From: Candidatus Doudnabacteria bacterium | GTDB taxonomy: Bacteria > Patescibacteriota > Doudnabacteria > UBA920 > 2-01-FULL-46-14 | DNA length: 64,000 bases | Assembly (NCBI GenBank): GCA_041497195.1 | Contig: JBGQGB010000002.1 | Location: forward strand, 172,140 to 236,139 | Direction of reading: 5' to 3' | Part shown: positions 1-10,851 of the stretch, in pieces | How positions within the stretch are numbered: the first letter of the stretch is position 1 | Layout of the letters: each line of letters begins with the position of its first letter | Position numbers and translations under genes: made by a program | Notes under the pieces: generated by a model | Seen by the model: the letters and a program-made list of their open reading frames with translations, nothing else | Databases searched by the model: none | What the model was told of the DNA's origin: nothing

Positions 1-740
1 CGCAGATTTCCACTTTTATCAAATGCCCCCTGGAATACAAATATAAATTTATTCTAAACATCCCTACCCCAGGATCCCACGCCGCTTCATTTGGGAGCAC
101 GATCCACAACACTTTGAGCAAATTTATGGTCGAGTACCAGCAAAAGAGCCGGCAGACTGATTTATTCGGCACTGTCGGCAAAAACAGCCTGCCTGATTAT
201 GCGGTTTTGGAAAACCATTACAAAAACGCCTGGATAGATGATTGGTATCCGGACAAAGACATCAAAAAAGAGTATCGGGAAAAAGGCAAAAACATCCTAA
301 AAACTTTTTATGAAGACTGTCAAAAGAGCGCGCCCCGCCCGAAATTTATCGAGAAAAGATTTGAGCTCAAACTTGATGGGCGGATCTTTACCGGCGTGAT
401 CGACCGGGCAGACGAAACGGCAGACGGTTTGGTGATTATTGACTATAAGACTGGCTCCGCAGATATTCTGAGCCCGGTCAATAAAGAGCAGTTGCTCATT
501 TACCAGTGGGCAGCCAATGACGTGCTGAAAGAATCAGTCGCTGATTTGCAATATTGGTATTTGCAAGATAGACTGGAAAAGCAGAGTTTTTTGGGAGAGC
601 CTCCTGATCTGGAAAAATTGAAACAGAAAATCGGCGAGACGATTTCAGAAATAATCCTTGCAGTAAAAAGCGACGATTTTTATGACAGGGACCTTCATGG
701 GCGGTCACACGAGTGTAAATTTCGCCGACTAATCCAATGA
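1..740 (+). CDS. PD-(D/E)XK (RecB/AddB/Cas4-like) nuclease domain, C-terminal part of a larger protein (N-terminus upstream of window)
   Basis: The frame is open from nt 3 with no stop. It carries the CPLEYKYKF motif near its N-terminal end. The nuclease motifs VIDRADETADGLVIIDYKTG (D...D/EXK with DYKTG) are present. The product ends RSHECKFRRL. Confidence 0.55.
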   Translation, partial: QISTFIKCPLEYKYKFILNIPTPGSHAASFGSTIHNTLSKFMVEYQQKSRQTDLFGTVGKNSLPDYAVLENHYKNAWIDDWYPDKDIKKEYREKGKNILKTFYEDCQKSAPRPKFIEKRFELKLDGRIFTGVIDRADETADGLVIIDYKTGSADILSPVNKEQLLIYQWAANDVLKESVADLQYWYLQDRLEKQSFLGEPPDLEKLKQKIGETISEIILAVKSDDFYDRDLHGRSHECKFRRLIQ

Positions 741-1633
741 CAAACATTATTGATCCAAAAAGGCAGAAGTTTTTAGTGGTGCTAGTATCGGCGCTGGTCA
801 GCTTTTTTGGGTTTGAGGCCGATGCTTCTGCTGTCGGCCTTTTCCAAATCCCGGAATTTTTTGCGATTGGGTCTGCCGTTTACGTCTTTTTCGTCGTCTG
901 GCAGATGTTCATCTTTGATCTGCACCTCAAGCCGGCAAGTTCATGGCGAAAACTGGAGCGCACTGTCGTCACTAGTATGGAAGGCCGGTTTGACTACTTG
1001 AGGGAAGGCAAACACTGGCTGCATTTTCAAAACTACCTGATCCTGCCGGGAATCATTTATTGGTCAACCTTAGTTCTGCTGTATCTAAATCCTTTTGACC
1101 AGCTTCGAAAGCAAGTCTGGATAGTCTTGTCCACCCTCGCGTTGGCCGCCGCCGCCTGGTATCTCAAAACCGTTTTTTATGCGCATCATGAAACCAGCCG
1201 CCATATCAGGCAGGTGATATTTCTGGCCAAAGTATATGCGTCTTTTCTTGTTTTTTCAGCCAGCCTTGGCGTGATCCGTTTTTTTGATTATGGGCCGGCT
1301 CTGTTTGGTCTGGTGGTTTTTTTGATGAGTTTCTTGCTGATGTACCAGGCGCTTTTCCAGCATCATTATGTCGGATTTAAAATGCTGAAATTCCTGTTTA
1401 TTGCAGGAATCCTGTTGGGCGCAGTTGGCTACATGCTTTACGCTCTTTGGAATGTCAACTTTTACGGTGCCGCTTTGGTCCTGACAGCCCTCTACAACGC
1501 GACCTGGGGCATGGTGCACCACGAGTATATAGACAAAAATTTGACACGCGAGATAGTTTACGAATATTTGGCAGTTCTTTTCGTCGTTTTGGTGATCATC
1601 TTCAGCACCACCAATTTTTCCCAGAGGATTTAG
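737..1633 (+). CDS. polytopic membrane protein, hypothetical
   Basis: 298 aa with multiple hydrophobic helices. Its start overlaps the upstream stop (ATGA). Confidence 0.45.
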   Translation: MTNIIDPKRQKFLVVLVSALVSFFGFEADASAVGLFQIPEFFAIGSAVYVFFVVWQMFIFDLHLKPASSWRKLERTVVTSMEGRFDYLREGKHWLHFQNYLILPGIIYWSTLVLLYLNPFDQLRKQVWIVLSTLALAAAAWYLKTVFYAHHETSRHIRQVIFLAKVYASFLVFSASLGVIRFFDYGPALFGLVVFLMSFLLMYQALFQHHYVGFKMLKFLFIAGILLGAVGYMLYALWNVNFYGAALVLTALYNATWGMVHHEYIDKNLTREIVYEYLAVLFVVLVIIFSTTNFSQRI

Positions 1634-1637
1634 CTCA

Positions 1638-2684
1638 CTACCACCACCAAATCAGAATCGAAACCAAAACAATCAACATAAAACTCAGTAGATGATAGCT
1701 CGAGTAGCTCCGGTTGATGGCCAGTTCGTGCCTGTAGATGATGACTGAGTCAGCCACCAGTATGGACAAGAGAGCCAGGCCGAATAGAGTGAACAGAAAC
1801 CGGCTGAGATTGAAAGCAGAAAGAAGATTCGAGAGCGGGTTTCGCGTTTGCGGCAATGCTGATACCGGTTGTGCTCCACTGACATTTTCGGGGCTGCGCG
1901 GTGCAGGTCCCGGATTTTGCAAAGTACCTGTCGTGCTGGTGGGAATTGTCGGGGTAGTGCTCGTGCTTGGGTTTTGCGGGGTCGGCTCCGGAGCAGGAGG
2001 TGTTGGGATAGGAGTAGGCTGGGGAGTTGGGACTGGAGTCGGTTGAGGCGTGGGGGTTGGCGTCGGTGGGGGAGACGGTTTTGGTGCAGGTGCTGGCTGC
2101 GGGGGCGATTGTGGCTTTGGAGTGGCTGGGGCAGGGGGTGCTGAGGCAAGTGCGCCGAACAAGCTTGTGGTCACGTCAGTGTAGCGATTTTGATAATTGC
2201 CGTAAACTGCGTTGAGTCCCTGATCCACAAAGTCCGGATGCAAGAGGTTGGCGCGGTGGGTCGGGCTGTTGAGCCAAGCCTGAATCATCCCTTCGGCAGT
2301 CGAAAAATCAATAGCCAAATTTTCCCCAAGAATTTTATAAGGGGTGTAGCCGGCCGCAATGATTTTTGGCCAGACATAGTTGCCGTCCGGATCAATGTGC
2401 GCGAAATAGCCCCGAGCGAGCATGTCTTGGGATTTTTCCGAAGCCGCAGTCAGCAGAGCCTGGTTCGTAAAAAGAGAACTAAGGTTTCTGTTGGTTCGTT
2501 CTTGATTGATGAGGGCCATCAGAGTGGCTGATTCGATGGCCGAACCTTGGGTGGGCAGCGCTCCCAGAAAAAGTCGCAGCAAAAGAAGGATGATGCCGTA
2601 AATCAGAAAGGCTTTGTACGACAGCACCGGTGGCCGGAAATCGTTCTCCTCGGAAGCGATGAAAAAATTTGATATTTTTCCCAT
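1638..2684 (-). CDS. CAP/SCP (PR-1-like, YkwD-like) domain protein with Pro/Thr-rich linker and C-terminal TM anchor
   Basis: It has an N-terminal TM. The CAP motifs GYFAHIDPDG and SPTHRANLL are present. A PTPTPQPTPVPTPQPTPIPTP low-complexity linker follows, then a C-terminal hydrophobic helix. Confidence 0.6.
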   Translation of the reverse strand: MGKISNFFIASEENDFRPPVLSYKAFLIYGIILLLLRLFLGALPTQGSAIESATLMALINQERTNRNLSSLFTNQALLTAASEKSQDMLARGYFAHIDPDGNYVWPKIIAAGYTPYKILGENLAIDFSTAEGMIQAWLNSPTHRANLLHPDFVDQGLNAVYGNYQNRYTDVTTSLFGALASAPPAPATPKPQSPPQPAPAPKPSPPPTPTPTPQPTPVPTPQPTPIPTPPAPEPTPQNPSTSTTPTIPTSTTGTLQNPGPAPRSPENVSGAQPVSALPQTRNPLSNLLSAFNLSRFLFTLFGLALLSILVADSVIIYRHELAINRSYSSYHLLSFMLIVLVSILIWWW

Positions 2685-2776
2685 TTTTTGTTATAATCAC
2701 TCAAGAACTAGGTCGCCAAAATAAAACTTTTTAGAGGCTTTTTATTGAAACTCAATCTTTTACACTAAAGTATAGC

Positions 2777-3142
2777 ATGGCTCGCGTCTCCACGCATATT
2801 TGGCTGATGTTATTGCTGTTTTTGTTTACGACTGCCTTGGGTTTGTTTTTTTTGAACTCTATCAGCCCCGCCACTGCCAATTATTGGCAATTTGCCGTCC
2901 TTTATGTGGCTATTTTTCTCTGGGTGTTCGCTGCGATGACATTCCTGGGGTACGTCGTCCGGCTGGCTATCTGGAAGGAAGGCCTCCGCCTCGAGTTTTT
3001 GAGGTCTGCCCGTCGCCAGGGGGTCCTTTTGGGGTTTCTAGCTGTGCTCTTGGTGCTGCTGCAGGCGGCGAACATTTTGAATCTCTTGACCGGACTTTTG
3101 CTTTTAGCGGTTTTTTTGTTAATAGAGCTTTATGCCAAGTGA
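2777..3142 (+). CDS. small membrane protein, hypothetical
   Basis: 121 aa with 3-4 predicted TM helices. Confidence 0.4.
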   Translation: MARVSTHIWLMLLLFLFTTALGLFFLNSISPATANYWQFAVLYVAIFLWVFAAMTFLGYVVRLAIWKEGLRLEFLRSARRQGVLLGFLAVLLVLLQAANILNLLTGLLLLAVFLLIELYAK

Positions 3143-3213
3143 AAATTTGTTAGAGGGCTTTAGACAGTGCACCGGCGGGTACACTAATAAGGGATTGCTT
3201 ACGCAATTTTGAT

Positions 3214-4284
3214 ATGGCAGAAAACGAAACCCCAAAATTAGATCAGCAGCCCGCTCCGGAGCCGGCAGAAATGGAAATTACGGTAATGCCGCACTTTGAC
3301 AAGCAAGACAACTTGCCCAGCATTGATTCGCGTACTGAGCAAAAGCCAAAAGCACCCGGCACAGTTGGCCACGGCAAGAAAATAGTTTTACGTTTTTTGG
3401 CGGTAGTTTTGGTGGCAGCATTCTTGGCCGGCGGTTATTTTGTTTTCAAAAAATATGGCGCCAGCTTCAAGAAAGCGGCGCCGCATATCAGTATCCCCAA
3501 TATCGTCGTCCCCCCGTCTGTTCCCACTGACACCAGCCTCGACAGTGACCACGACGGTTTGACTGATGTGGAAGAGCGCAAACTCGGAACTGACCCCCTG
3601 AATCCGGATACGGACAAGGATGGGCTCTCCGACGGAGACGAAGTGCACATTTACCATTCAGATCCGCTCTTGAGCGATTCGGACGGGGACGGTTTTCCGG
3701 ATGGCCAAGAAGTCGCCAATGGCTATAGCCCGATAGTCAATTCAAAGGAACCAGCGAGCGGAGACGAGCTGCAGACGTGGAGCGATCGAATCGCAGCTTA
3801 TGGGTTGCATGAGCCGACTGTGACGACCCTGAAACTTAAATCCAAAGCTTCCCACCAGGTCAAAGCTACGTATCACAACACCTCTTACGGCTATAGCATC
3901 GACGTGCCCGGAGCGTTGGCTTATCGCGAAGCAGATGAGCAAAGGACAGTGGGGTTGTACATCAATGGCAGCAGCACGGTAGACGCTGATCCAAGCACTG
4001 ACCCGATTGCCGCCACAATTGCGGTCAAAGTGAAAACTCAAACCCTCAAGGATTGGGTGGCGTCGCAATTTAGCAAAGATAGCTATGCGGCCCTCCAAAA
4101 TCTGACGGTAAACGGCAACAAAAGCATCCAGCTGACCGGGGTGAAATCTGACGTATGCGACCAGGAAAAAACATTTTTTTCCAAGAACAGCACGGTCGTC
4201 ATCTTGACCCTGACATGCACCGGCTCCCCGGACATGACTTCGCTCTATGACGGAGTGGTCAGTAGTTTCAAATTCAGTCCCTGA
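3214..4284 (+). CDS. membrane-anchored protein with Asp-rich calcium-binding (thrombospondin type-3-like DxDxDG) repeats
   Basis: It has a single TM ([19 protein letters not shown]). The repeats are [24 protein letters not shown] and [12 protein letters not shown]. Confidence 0.5.
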   Translation: MAENETPKLDQQPAPEPAEMEITVMPHFDKQDNLPSIDSRTEQKPKAPGTVGHGKKIVLRFLAVVLVAAFLAGGYFVFKKYGASFKKAAPHISIPNIVVPPSVPTDTSLDSDHDGLTDVEERKLGTDPLNPDTDKDGLSDGDEVHIYHSDPLLSDSDGDGFPDGQEVANGYSPIVNSKEPASGDELQTWSDRIAAYGLHEPTVTTLKLKSKASHQVKATYHNTSYGYSIDVPGALAYREADEQRTVGLYINGSSTVDADPSTDPIAATIAVKVKTQTLKDWVASQFSKDSYAALQNLTVNGNKSIQLTGVKSDVCDQEKTFFSKNSTVVILTLTCTGSPDMTSLYDGVVSSFKFSP

Positions 4285-4357
4285 AATATTCATATTTGAA
4301 GCCGGCAAAAGTATTCGTTAAATTTTTGGCAACACGCGGAGATAGGGATCAAACAAA

Positions 4358-5497
4358 GTGACTGAGATTCAAATTCATTCAGACAATGAGGTCAGGCTTC
4401 GTGAAAATTTAGAAGGCTTGCACGACGTCGACAGCGAGAGGCTAAAGCGGTATTTGGCGATGCCTGATTTGTCCCGCAAGCCAGGCAGTCCGATCGCGGA
4501 AATAGTTCAAAGGGTCCTCGCCTCCGAGACATTCAAAGGTTTTGACGTGATTCAGGTGCCGGAAATCGTGCCTGTTGATATTAGTTTTGATTTGTTCGAT
4601 TTTCCCTCCGACCATCCGGCCCGTTCCAAATCCGATACCTACTATGTGGATGACCAGCATATTTTGCGGACCCACACCACAGTCATGTGGTACTACTATC
4701 TCAAGGATCCTGGGGTGAAAAGGCGCATGGCAACGGGCGAGAGCGTGGGATGTTTTTCTTTCGGCAAGGTGTTCCGAAAAGACGAGCTCGACCGCAGCCA
4801 TATGAACGTCTTCCATCAGATCGATGCCTGGTACCTGACGCCAAAGAGCAAGAAAGTTCTGGGGGTCGAAGATTTGCAAAACGCCTTGGTCGGCTTCGCC
4901 CAGGCTGTGTTTGGCAAAGACGTCAAATATCGATTCAATCCCGATACTTTTCCCTACACCGATCCGTCGCTCGAAATGGAAGTGGACAAAAACGGGAGCT
5001 GGCTCGAGGTTTGCGGCGCCGGGGTGGTGAAGGGGAGTGTCTTGGATAAACTGGGCGTGGACTCTTCGAAATGGAACGGCTGGGCGTTCGGGCCAGGCAT
5101 TGAACGATTCGCCATGATCAGCATGGATTTGCCCGATATTCGCCTACTGTGGTCCGAAGACCCGCGCGTCTTGAGTCAGCTGAAGCTCGGGCAGAAATTT
5201 GCGGAGGTGAGCAAGTATCCCCCGATCACGCGCGACATCTCCTTTGTCGTGGACAAATCATTTGTGCCGAACAATTATTTTGACCTTATTCGCGACATTG
5301 GCGGCAATCTCGTCGAACAAGTCGCGCTTTTGGACAAATACACTGATGAAAAAAAGTTCGGCCCAGACAAGACGAGCTACACTTACCGGGTCATTTACCG
5401 CAGTCCCGAACGCACCCTCAAAACCGATGAAGTCGAGCCCCTGCAGAGCAAGCTTTATGAGCAAACGAAGCTTTTATTTGGCGCTGATTTGAGGTAA
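4358..5497 (+). CDS. pheS: phenylalanyl-tRNA synthetase, monomeric mitochondrial-type (PheS catalytic core fused to C-terminal FDX-ACB anticodon-binding domain)
   Basis: GTG start. Class II motif 2 (FRKDELDRSHMNVFHQID) and motif 3 (GWAFGPGIERFAMI) are present, with FPYTDPSLEMEV typical of PheS. An extra C-terminal ~100 aa (SKYPPITRDISFVVDKSF...YRVIYRSPERTLKTDEV) resembles the FDX-ACB domain of FARS2/PheT. Confidence 0.8.
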   Translation: MTEIQIHSDNEVRLRENLEGLHDVDSERLKRYLAMPDLSRKPGSPIAEIVQRVLASETFKGFDVIQVPEIVPVDISFDLFDFPSDHPARSKSDTYYVDDQHILRTHTTVMWYYYLKDPGVKRRMATGESVGCFSFGKVFRKDELDRSHMNVFHQIDAWYLTPKSKKVLGVEDLQNALVGFAQAVFGKDVKYRFNPDTFPYTDPSLEMEVDKNGSWLEVCGAGVVKGSVLDKLGVDSSKWNGWAFGPGIERFAMISMDLPDIRLLWSEDPRVLSQLKLGQKFAEVSKYPPITRDISFVVDKSFVPNNYFDLIRDIGGNLVEQVALLDKYTDEKKFGPDKTSYTYRVIYRSPERTLKTDEVEPLQSKLYEQTKLLFGADLR

Positions 5498-5502
5498 AAT
5501 AA

Positions 5503-7440
<1,938 letters not shown>

Positions 7441-7475
7441 ACTGTCCGATTCCGATCAGGCACCCAGACCAAAAT

Positions 7476-7497
7476 CGCCCTAGAGGCGTTTTTTTGG
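7476..7497 (+). terminator. weak intrinsic terminator after gyrB
   Basis: A short GC stem (cgcc/ggcg) followed by a T7 run. Confidence 0.35.
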
Positions 7498-7509
7498 TAT
7501 TATAAATGC

Positions 7510-8448
7510 ATGAATTTGAAAGAATTGTTTCAGGCAATTCAATTGGGTTATCAAAAAGCTGTGGGTGAAAATTTTACTAATCACCCGCTCGCTATTTTAA
7601 TGCGTGACGCCCCTAACGAAATAATTAAACCATTGTTAGATGACAATGATTTATTTATCAAAGGGTCGGCCGGGATGGGACAATGGACAGAATTGCCGTG
7701 GATAGGAGTTTTTAACAAGAATGAGACCGATGGCGCTAGGGATGGTGTGTACGTTGTTTATCTCTTTTCGGGAGATATGGAACGATTATATCTTTGTCTA
7801 GGACAGGGCATAACAGACCCCATGGAGCAATTCGGAAGAAAAGGAGGTTTGGCAAAGTTAAAAGCCCGAGCAGAACTTGCACGAGCGAATTATAATCTTC
7901 CTGGGTTTGCCACTGATAATAAATTACAACTTTCTGAATCTCAACGTGGGTCAGACTATGAACGAGCTGTAATTTTTTATAAGGAGTATGATCTAAAAAA
8001 CCTTCCCGAATACGAAATTTTAACAAAAGACCTCCTTGAATTGATAAAGCTATATAATGATTATTTGCTTACAGAGAACGTCGCAACAGTTGAAACAGAC
8101 TTTAGTGAGGTTGTGGGTGAGGTTGAGGAGGGAAAGAGATTATTGCGACAACACTACGTAAGGGAACGGAATCGCAGTATAATAAAAGCAGCAAAAGAAA
8201 AAGCTCTCAAAGAGAAGGGAGGCTTGAATTGCGAAGTTTGCGGTTTTTCCTTTCTGATACATTATGGGGAAAGGGGTCGAAATTTTATAGAAGGGCACCA
8301 TAAAAAACCTGTATCTGAATTACAGGCCGGGGAGAAAACAAGTGTTAATGACATTGTTTTAATTTGCTCAAATTGCCATAGCATTATTCATGCTAAGTGG
8401 CCATATTTACCTTTTGAGGAGCTGCAGAAAATTTACCGCTCATCTTAA
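7510..8448 (+). CDS. MrcB-like N-terminal domain (DUF3578) fused to HNH endonuclease; candidate modification-dependent (type IV) restriction enzyme
   Basis: FIKGSAGMGQWTELPWIGVF...GVYVVYLFSGDMERLYLCLGQG matches the DUF3578 signature. A C-terminal HNH is present (CEVCGF...EGHHKKP...CSNCH). The gene is markedly AT-rich relative to its flanks. Confidence 0.75.
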   Translation: MNLKELFQAIQLGYQKAVGENFTNHPLAILMRDAPNEIIKPLLDDNDLFIKGSAGMGQWTELPWIGVFNKNETDGARDGVYVVYLFSGDMERLYLCLGQGITDPMEQFGRKGGLAKLKARAELARANYNLPGFATDNKLQLSESQRGSDYERAVIFYKEYDLKNLPEYEILTKDLLELIKLYNDYLLTENVATVETDFSEVVGEVEEGKRLLRQHYVRERNRSIIKAAKEKALKEKGGLNCEVCGFSFLIHYGERGRNFIEGHHKKPVSELQAGEKTSVNDIVLICSNCHSIIHAKWPYLPFEELQKIYRSS

Positions 8449-8617
8449 GGATTTCAGTCCGAACATCGTTCCGCAAGGGACCCATTCAACGGTCGCCCCT
8501 GATGACCGGTTACGTCTATTTCCGAAATGTTGGAATTTGTTTACAGTGTTTCTTGCATAAGCTATATTGATATAAAAGGTCGAAAATAACTTAATATTTA
8601 AAGAAACAAATATTATT

Positions 8618-8830
8618 ATGCCATTTGGAACGTTTTTGGACTCTTTTCCGCCAGCGCTTTATATCGTTATTCACCTCATTCTGCTCAGCGTGGGCGTATG
8701 GGCCGTGATGAAAGCCAAAAGCAAGCAGCTCAAGTATGCTTCTGCTTTTTGGCTCTATGTCGTGGTGCACCTTGGTTTTTTTAGCGCATTTTGGAGGACT
8801 CTTTACTCTGAAAATGAGCGTTGTGGTTGA
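8618..8830 (+). CDS. small 2-TM protein, hypothetical
   Basis: 70 aa with two hydrophobic helices. No clear SD, and it lies in an AT-rich spacer. Confidence 0.25.
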   Translation: MPFGTFLDSFPPALYIVIHLILLSVGVWAVMKAKSKQLKYASAFWLYVVVHLGFFSAFWRTLYSENERCG

Positions 8831-9085
8831 ACAGGTATTGATATTAATCATGGTGCTTTGGATTAGTCTAAAGTCTTGACCCAAAGGCTGTCCCGGGTCT
8901 AAACTCGATTTTTCGATGAATGAGTTACTTTGAGTGAATTTGCAAGTGCGCCTGGTCTCTTGTTGGTCCAAGCGACGTATGACTATGCCAGCATAGGCAG
9001 TCGCCCCGTTTTTTTATTTTGCCGAATGATCGGTTTTTTGGTATTCTAAGTATACTTACGAAATCACAACAGACTAAATTATTGC

Positions 9086-9487
9086 ATGTTTGAAGCTCAT
9101 CAGCAGCCCTTGTTATCTAGACAAGCATTTCTCCGCCGCCTTAGTCGTTACGCCGCCGGCGCACTTTTGCTTGTGGTAGTTTCTTGGCTAATAGGCACTC
9201 TAGGCTATCGGCTGTTTGAGGGGATGGCATGGATTGACTCGATTCTGAACGCCGCGATGATTTTGGGTGGGATGGGCCCAGTCAGTCCACTTCACACTGA
9301 CGCAGGTAAGTTGTTTGCCTCTTTTTATGCGCTTTTTTCGGGTATTATTTTTCTAGTTTCTGTTGGAGTCCTCCTGGCTCCCATTCTTCACCGAGTGCTA
9401 CACCAGTTTCACCTAGAAGCCGACAAGAAAGAAACCAAAGCTAAATCGCAAGATAAAATTGAGCAAACTCGGGAAAATTTCAAATAA
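9086..9487 (+). CDS. 2-TM K+-channel-like pore protein with non-canonical filter
   Basis: The layout is M1 helix, pore-helix-like WIDSILNAAMILGGMGPVSP (compare W..S.Y.A..T.TTVGYGD), then M2 helix. Confidence 0.45.
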   Translation: MFEAHQQPLLSRQAFLRRLSRYAAGALLLVVVSWLIGTLGYRLFEGMAWIDSILNAAMILGGMGPVSPLHTDAGKLFASFYALFSGIIFLVSVGVLLAPILHRVLHQFHLEADKKETKAKSQDKIEQTRENFK

Positions 9488-9615
9488 ATTTAGATAAAAA
9501 ATGGTTGGCTTAGTAAAGAAATCGCATCCGAGGTCGGAGTCTCTGAAATGAGCATTTTTTCTTGACTTACGTTGGGCAATCGGATATTTTAAGGAGTCTT
9601 GCAGAAGGAGGAATC

Positions 9616-10029
9616 ATGACTGAAACGAGCAGTTCTGCGGCGAAGTATCTCGCTGATTTTCTGGTGAGCGAACTGAAAGGCAGTGCCAGTCTCCATGGCA
9701 GCCCTCTCAATAGTTCCAATTCCCAGATCATTCCTGACGGGGAGGAGGAGTTCGCGTTCGACATCGACAGGCCTCTCAAGATTGAAGAAGTTCAAGAGGC
9801 AGTTATACGGTTTTATCAACAACAAGGCCTGGTCGCTTCTTTGATCAACGACAGCCGCGGAGTTCTTTGTGTAGAAGACAATAATCGCGAAGTCGTGAAA
9901 TTTGCAGTCATCACCATGTTTCCGGGCTCCGGCCACATACTTTTTTCGGTCAAGCGACTATGGACTCCGGCAGTCCTCTGGAGGAAACTCGATGAACAAG
10001 CATCTGCAAGAACACGGCCCAAACATTGA
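9616..10029 (+). CDS. hypothetical protein
   Basis: A strong SD (AAGGAGG) lies 5 nt upstream of the ATG at 9616. 137 aa. Confidence 0.4.
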   Translation: MTETSSSAAKYLADFLVSELKGSASLHGSPLNSSNSQIIPDGEEEFAFDIDRPLKIEEVQEAVIRFYQQQGLVASLINDSRGVLCVEDNNREVVKFAVITMFPGSGHILFSVKRLWTPAVLWRKLDEQASARTRPKH

Positions 10030-10034
10030 TCGAG

Positions 10035-10175
10035 ATGATGGACACAACCACTTCTTTCATCCCCCTTGGCCAGGCCTTTTTCATGGTCATAGGGCTCATC
10101 GCACTTAGCCTGTTGTTCTGGGGCCTGCACACCGGCCAAATCAAGCCCGAAAAATTGCCACTGCTACCGAGGTAA
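10035..10175 (+). CDS. small hydrophobic peptide (46 aa), hypothetical
   Basis: MMDTTTSFIPLGQAFFMVIGLIALSLLFWGL... It is below the ORF-track cutoff and fills the gap between the neighbouring genes. Confidence 0.2.
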   Translation: MMDTTTSFIPLGQAFFMVIGLIALSLLFWGLHTGQIKPEKLPLLPR

Positions 10176-10215
10176 CAGCAGTAAGAGATCAAATCAGAAG
10201 TCCGAAGGAGGCTGC

Positions 10216-10650
10216 ATGCAACAGAAAAGAATTATCTCGCAAAGCGCGTTTGACCACAGAGTTCGCGAAGCGGCTTATTACTTATCTGCTAGGTTGCAAG
10301 CTCGTGGAGAAGAACAGAGTGACAGCGTGACCGTGTGGTTGCGGGCCGAACGAGACGAGCAGACTTTCCTCAACAGGTATGACATCTGGGTAGTTCCCGA
10401 CGATGAATTCAAAGGCCTAGTCCGAGACCTGGCGCACTCTATTTGGGCAAACGAGAACCCGGAGCGTGAATTGCATGATAAATTGATTGCGCGCACACAG
10501 CTTTTGGAGACTCTCCAGCGCGAGCCGACTCTTGTGGAAGTAGACCGGCTAGCTTACGGGATTTTTTCAGCTCGCAGGCCTGGGGATGAGCAAAGTGACT
10601 GGGAAAGAGCCAGGTACAAGATTAGCGGGGGCCTGGATCGTCGAGCCTGA
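10216..10650 (+). CDS. hypothetical protein with DUF2934-like motif
   Basis: SD AAGGAGG precedes the start. AYYLSARLQARGEEQSDSVTVWLRAERD resembles the DUF2934 AY..W..G...DW..AE signature, and a half-repeat DEQSDWERA follows. Confidence 0.45.
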   Translation: MQQKRIISQSAFDHRVREAAYYLSARLQARGEEQSDSVTVWLRAERDEQTFLNRYDIWVVPDDEFKGLVRDLAHSIWANENPERELHDKLIARTQLLETLQREPTLVEVDRLAYGIFSARRPGDEQSDWERARYKISGGLDRRA

Positions 10651-10851
10651 CCGTCTGGCACTGGAGTATGACAAGCCACAAAAATGATTTCTAGCTATCA
10701 AGTTCTTCCCGGGTTCCCTTCGTTCTTTCGGACGATTTGGGACCCGGGCTATTTTTTTTGTAAAAAAGGAGAGCGTACGTAGATTGCTGTACCAAAAAGG
10801 TACATCTCAAGATACGCTCTTTCGTTCACGCCCGCCGTCTGGGACAGCCAG

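Noticed and set aside
1685-2215. Several ORFs on both strands (1685-2149 -, 1738-2046 +, 1869-2144 +, 2027-2215 +) inside the CAP-domain gene
   Set aside because: They are generated by the Pro/Thr-rich repeat DNA, which is open in every frame. They have low-complexity translations and no start signals. The CAP gene on the minus strand explains the region.
8591-8971. 126-aa minus-strand ORF in the AT-rich spacer after the HNH gene
   Set aside because: It overlaps the opposite-strand 70-aa ORF. It is Lys/Asn-rich as expected from AT-rich noncoding DNA, and has no SD.
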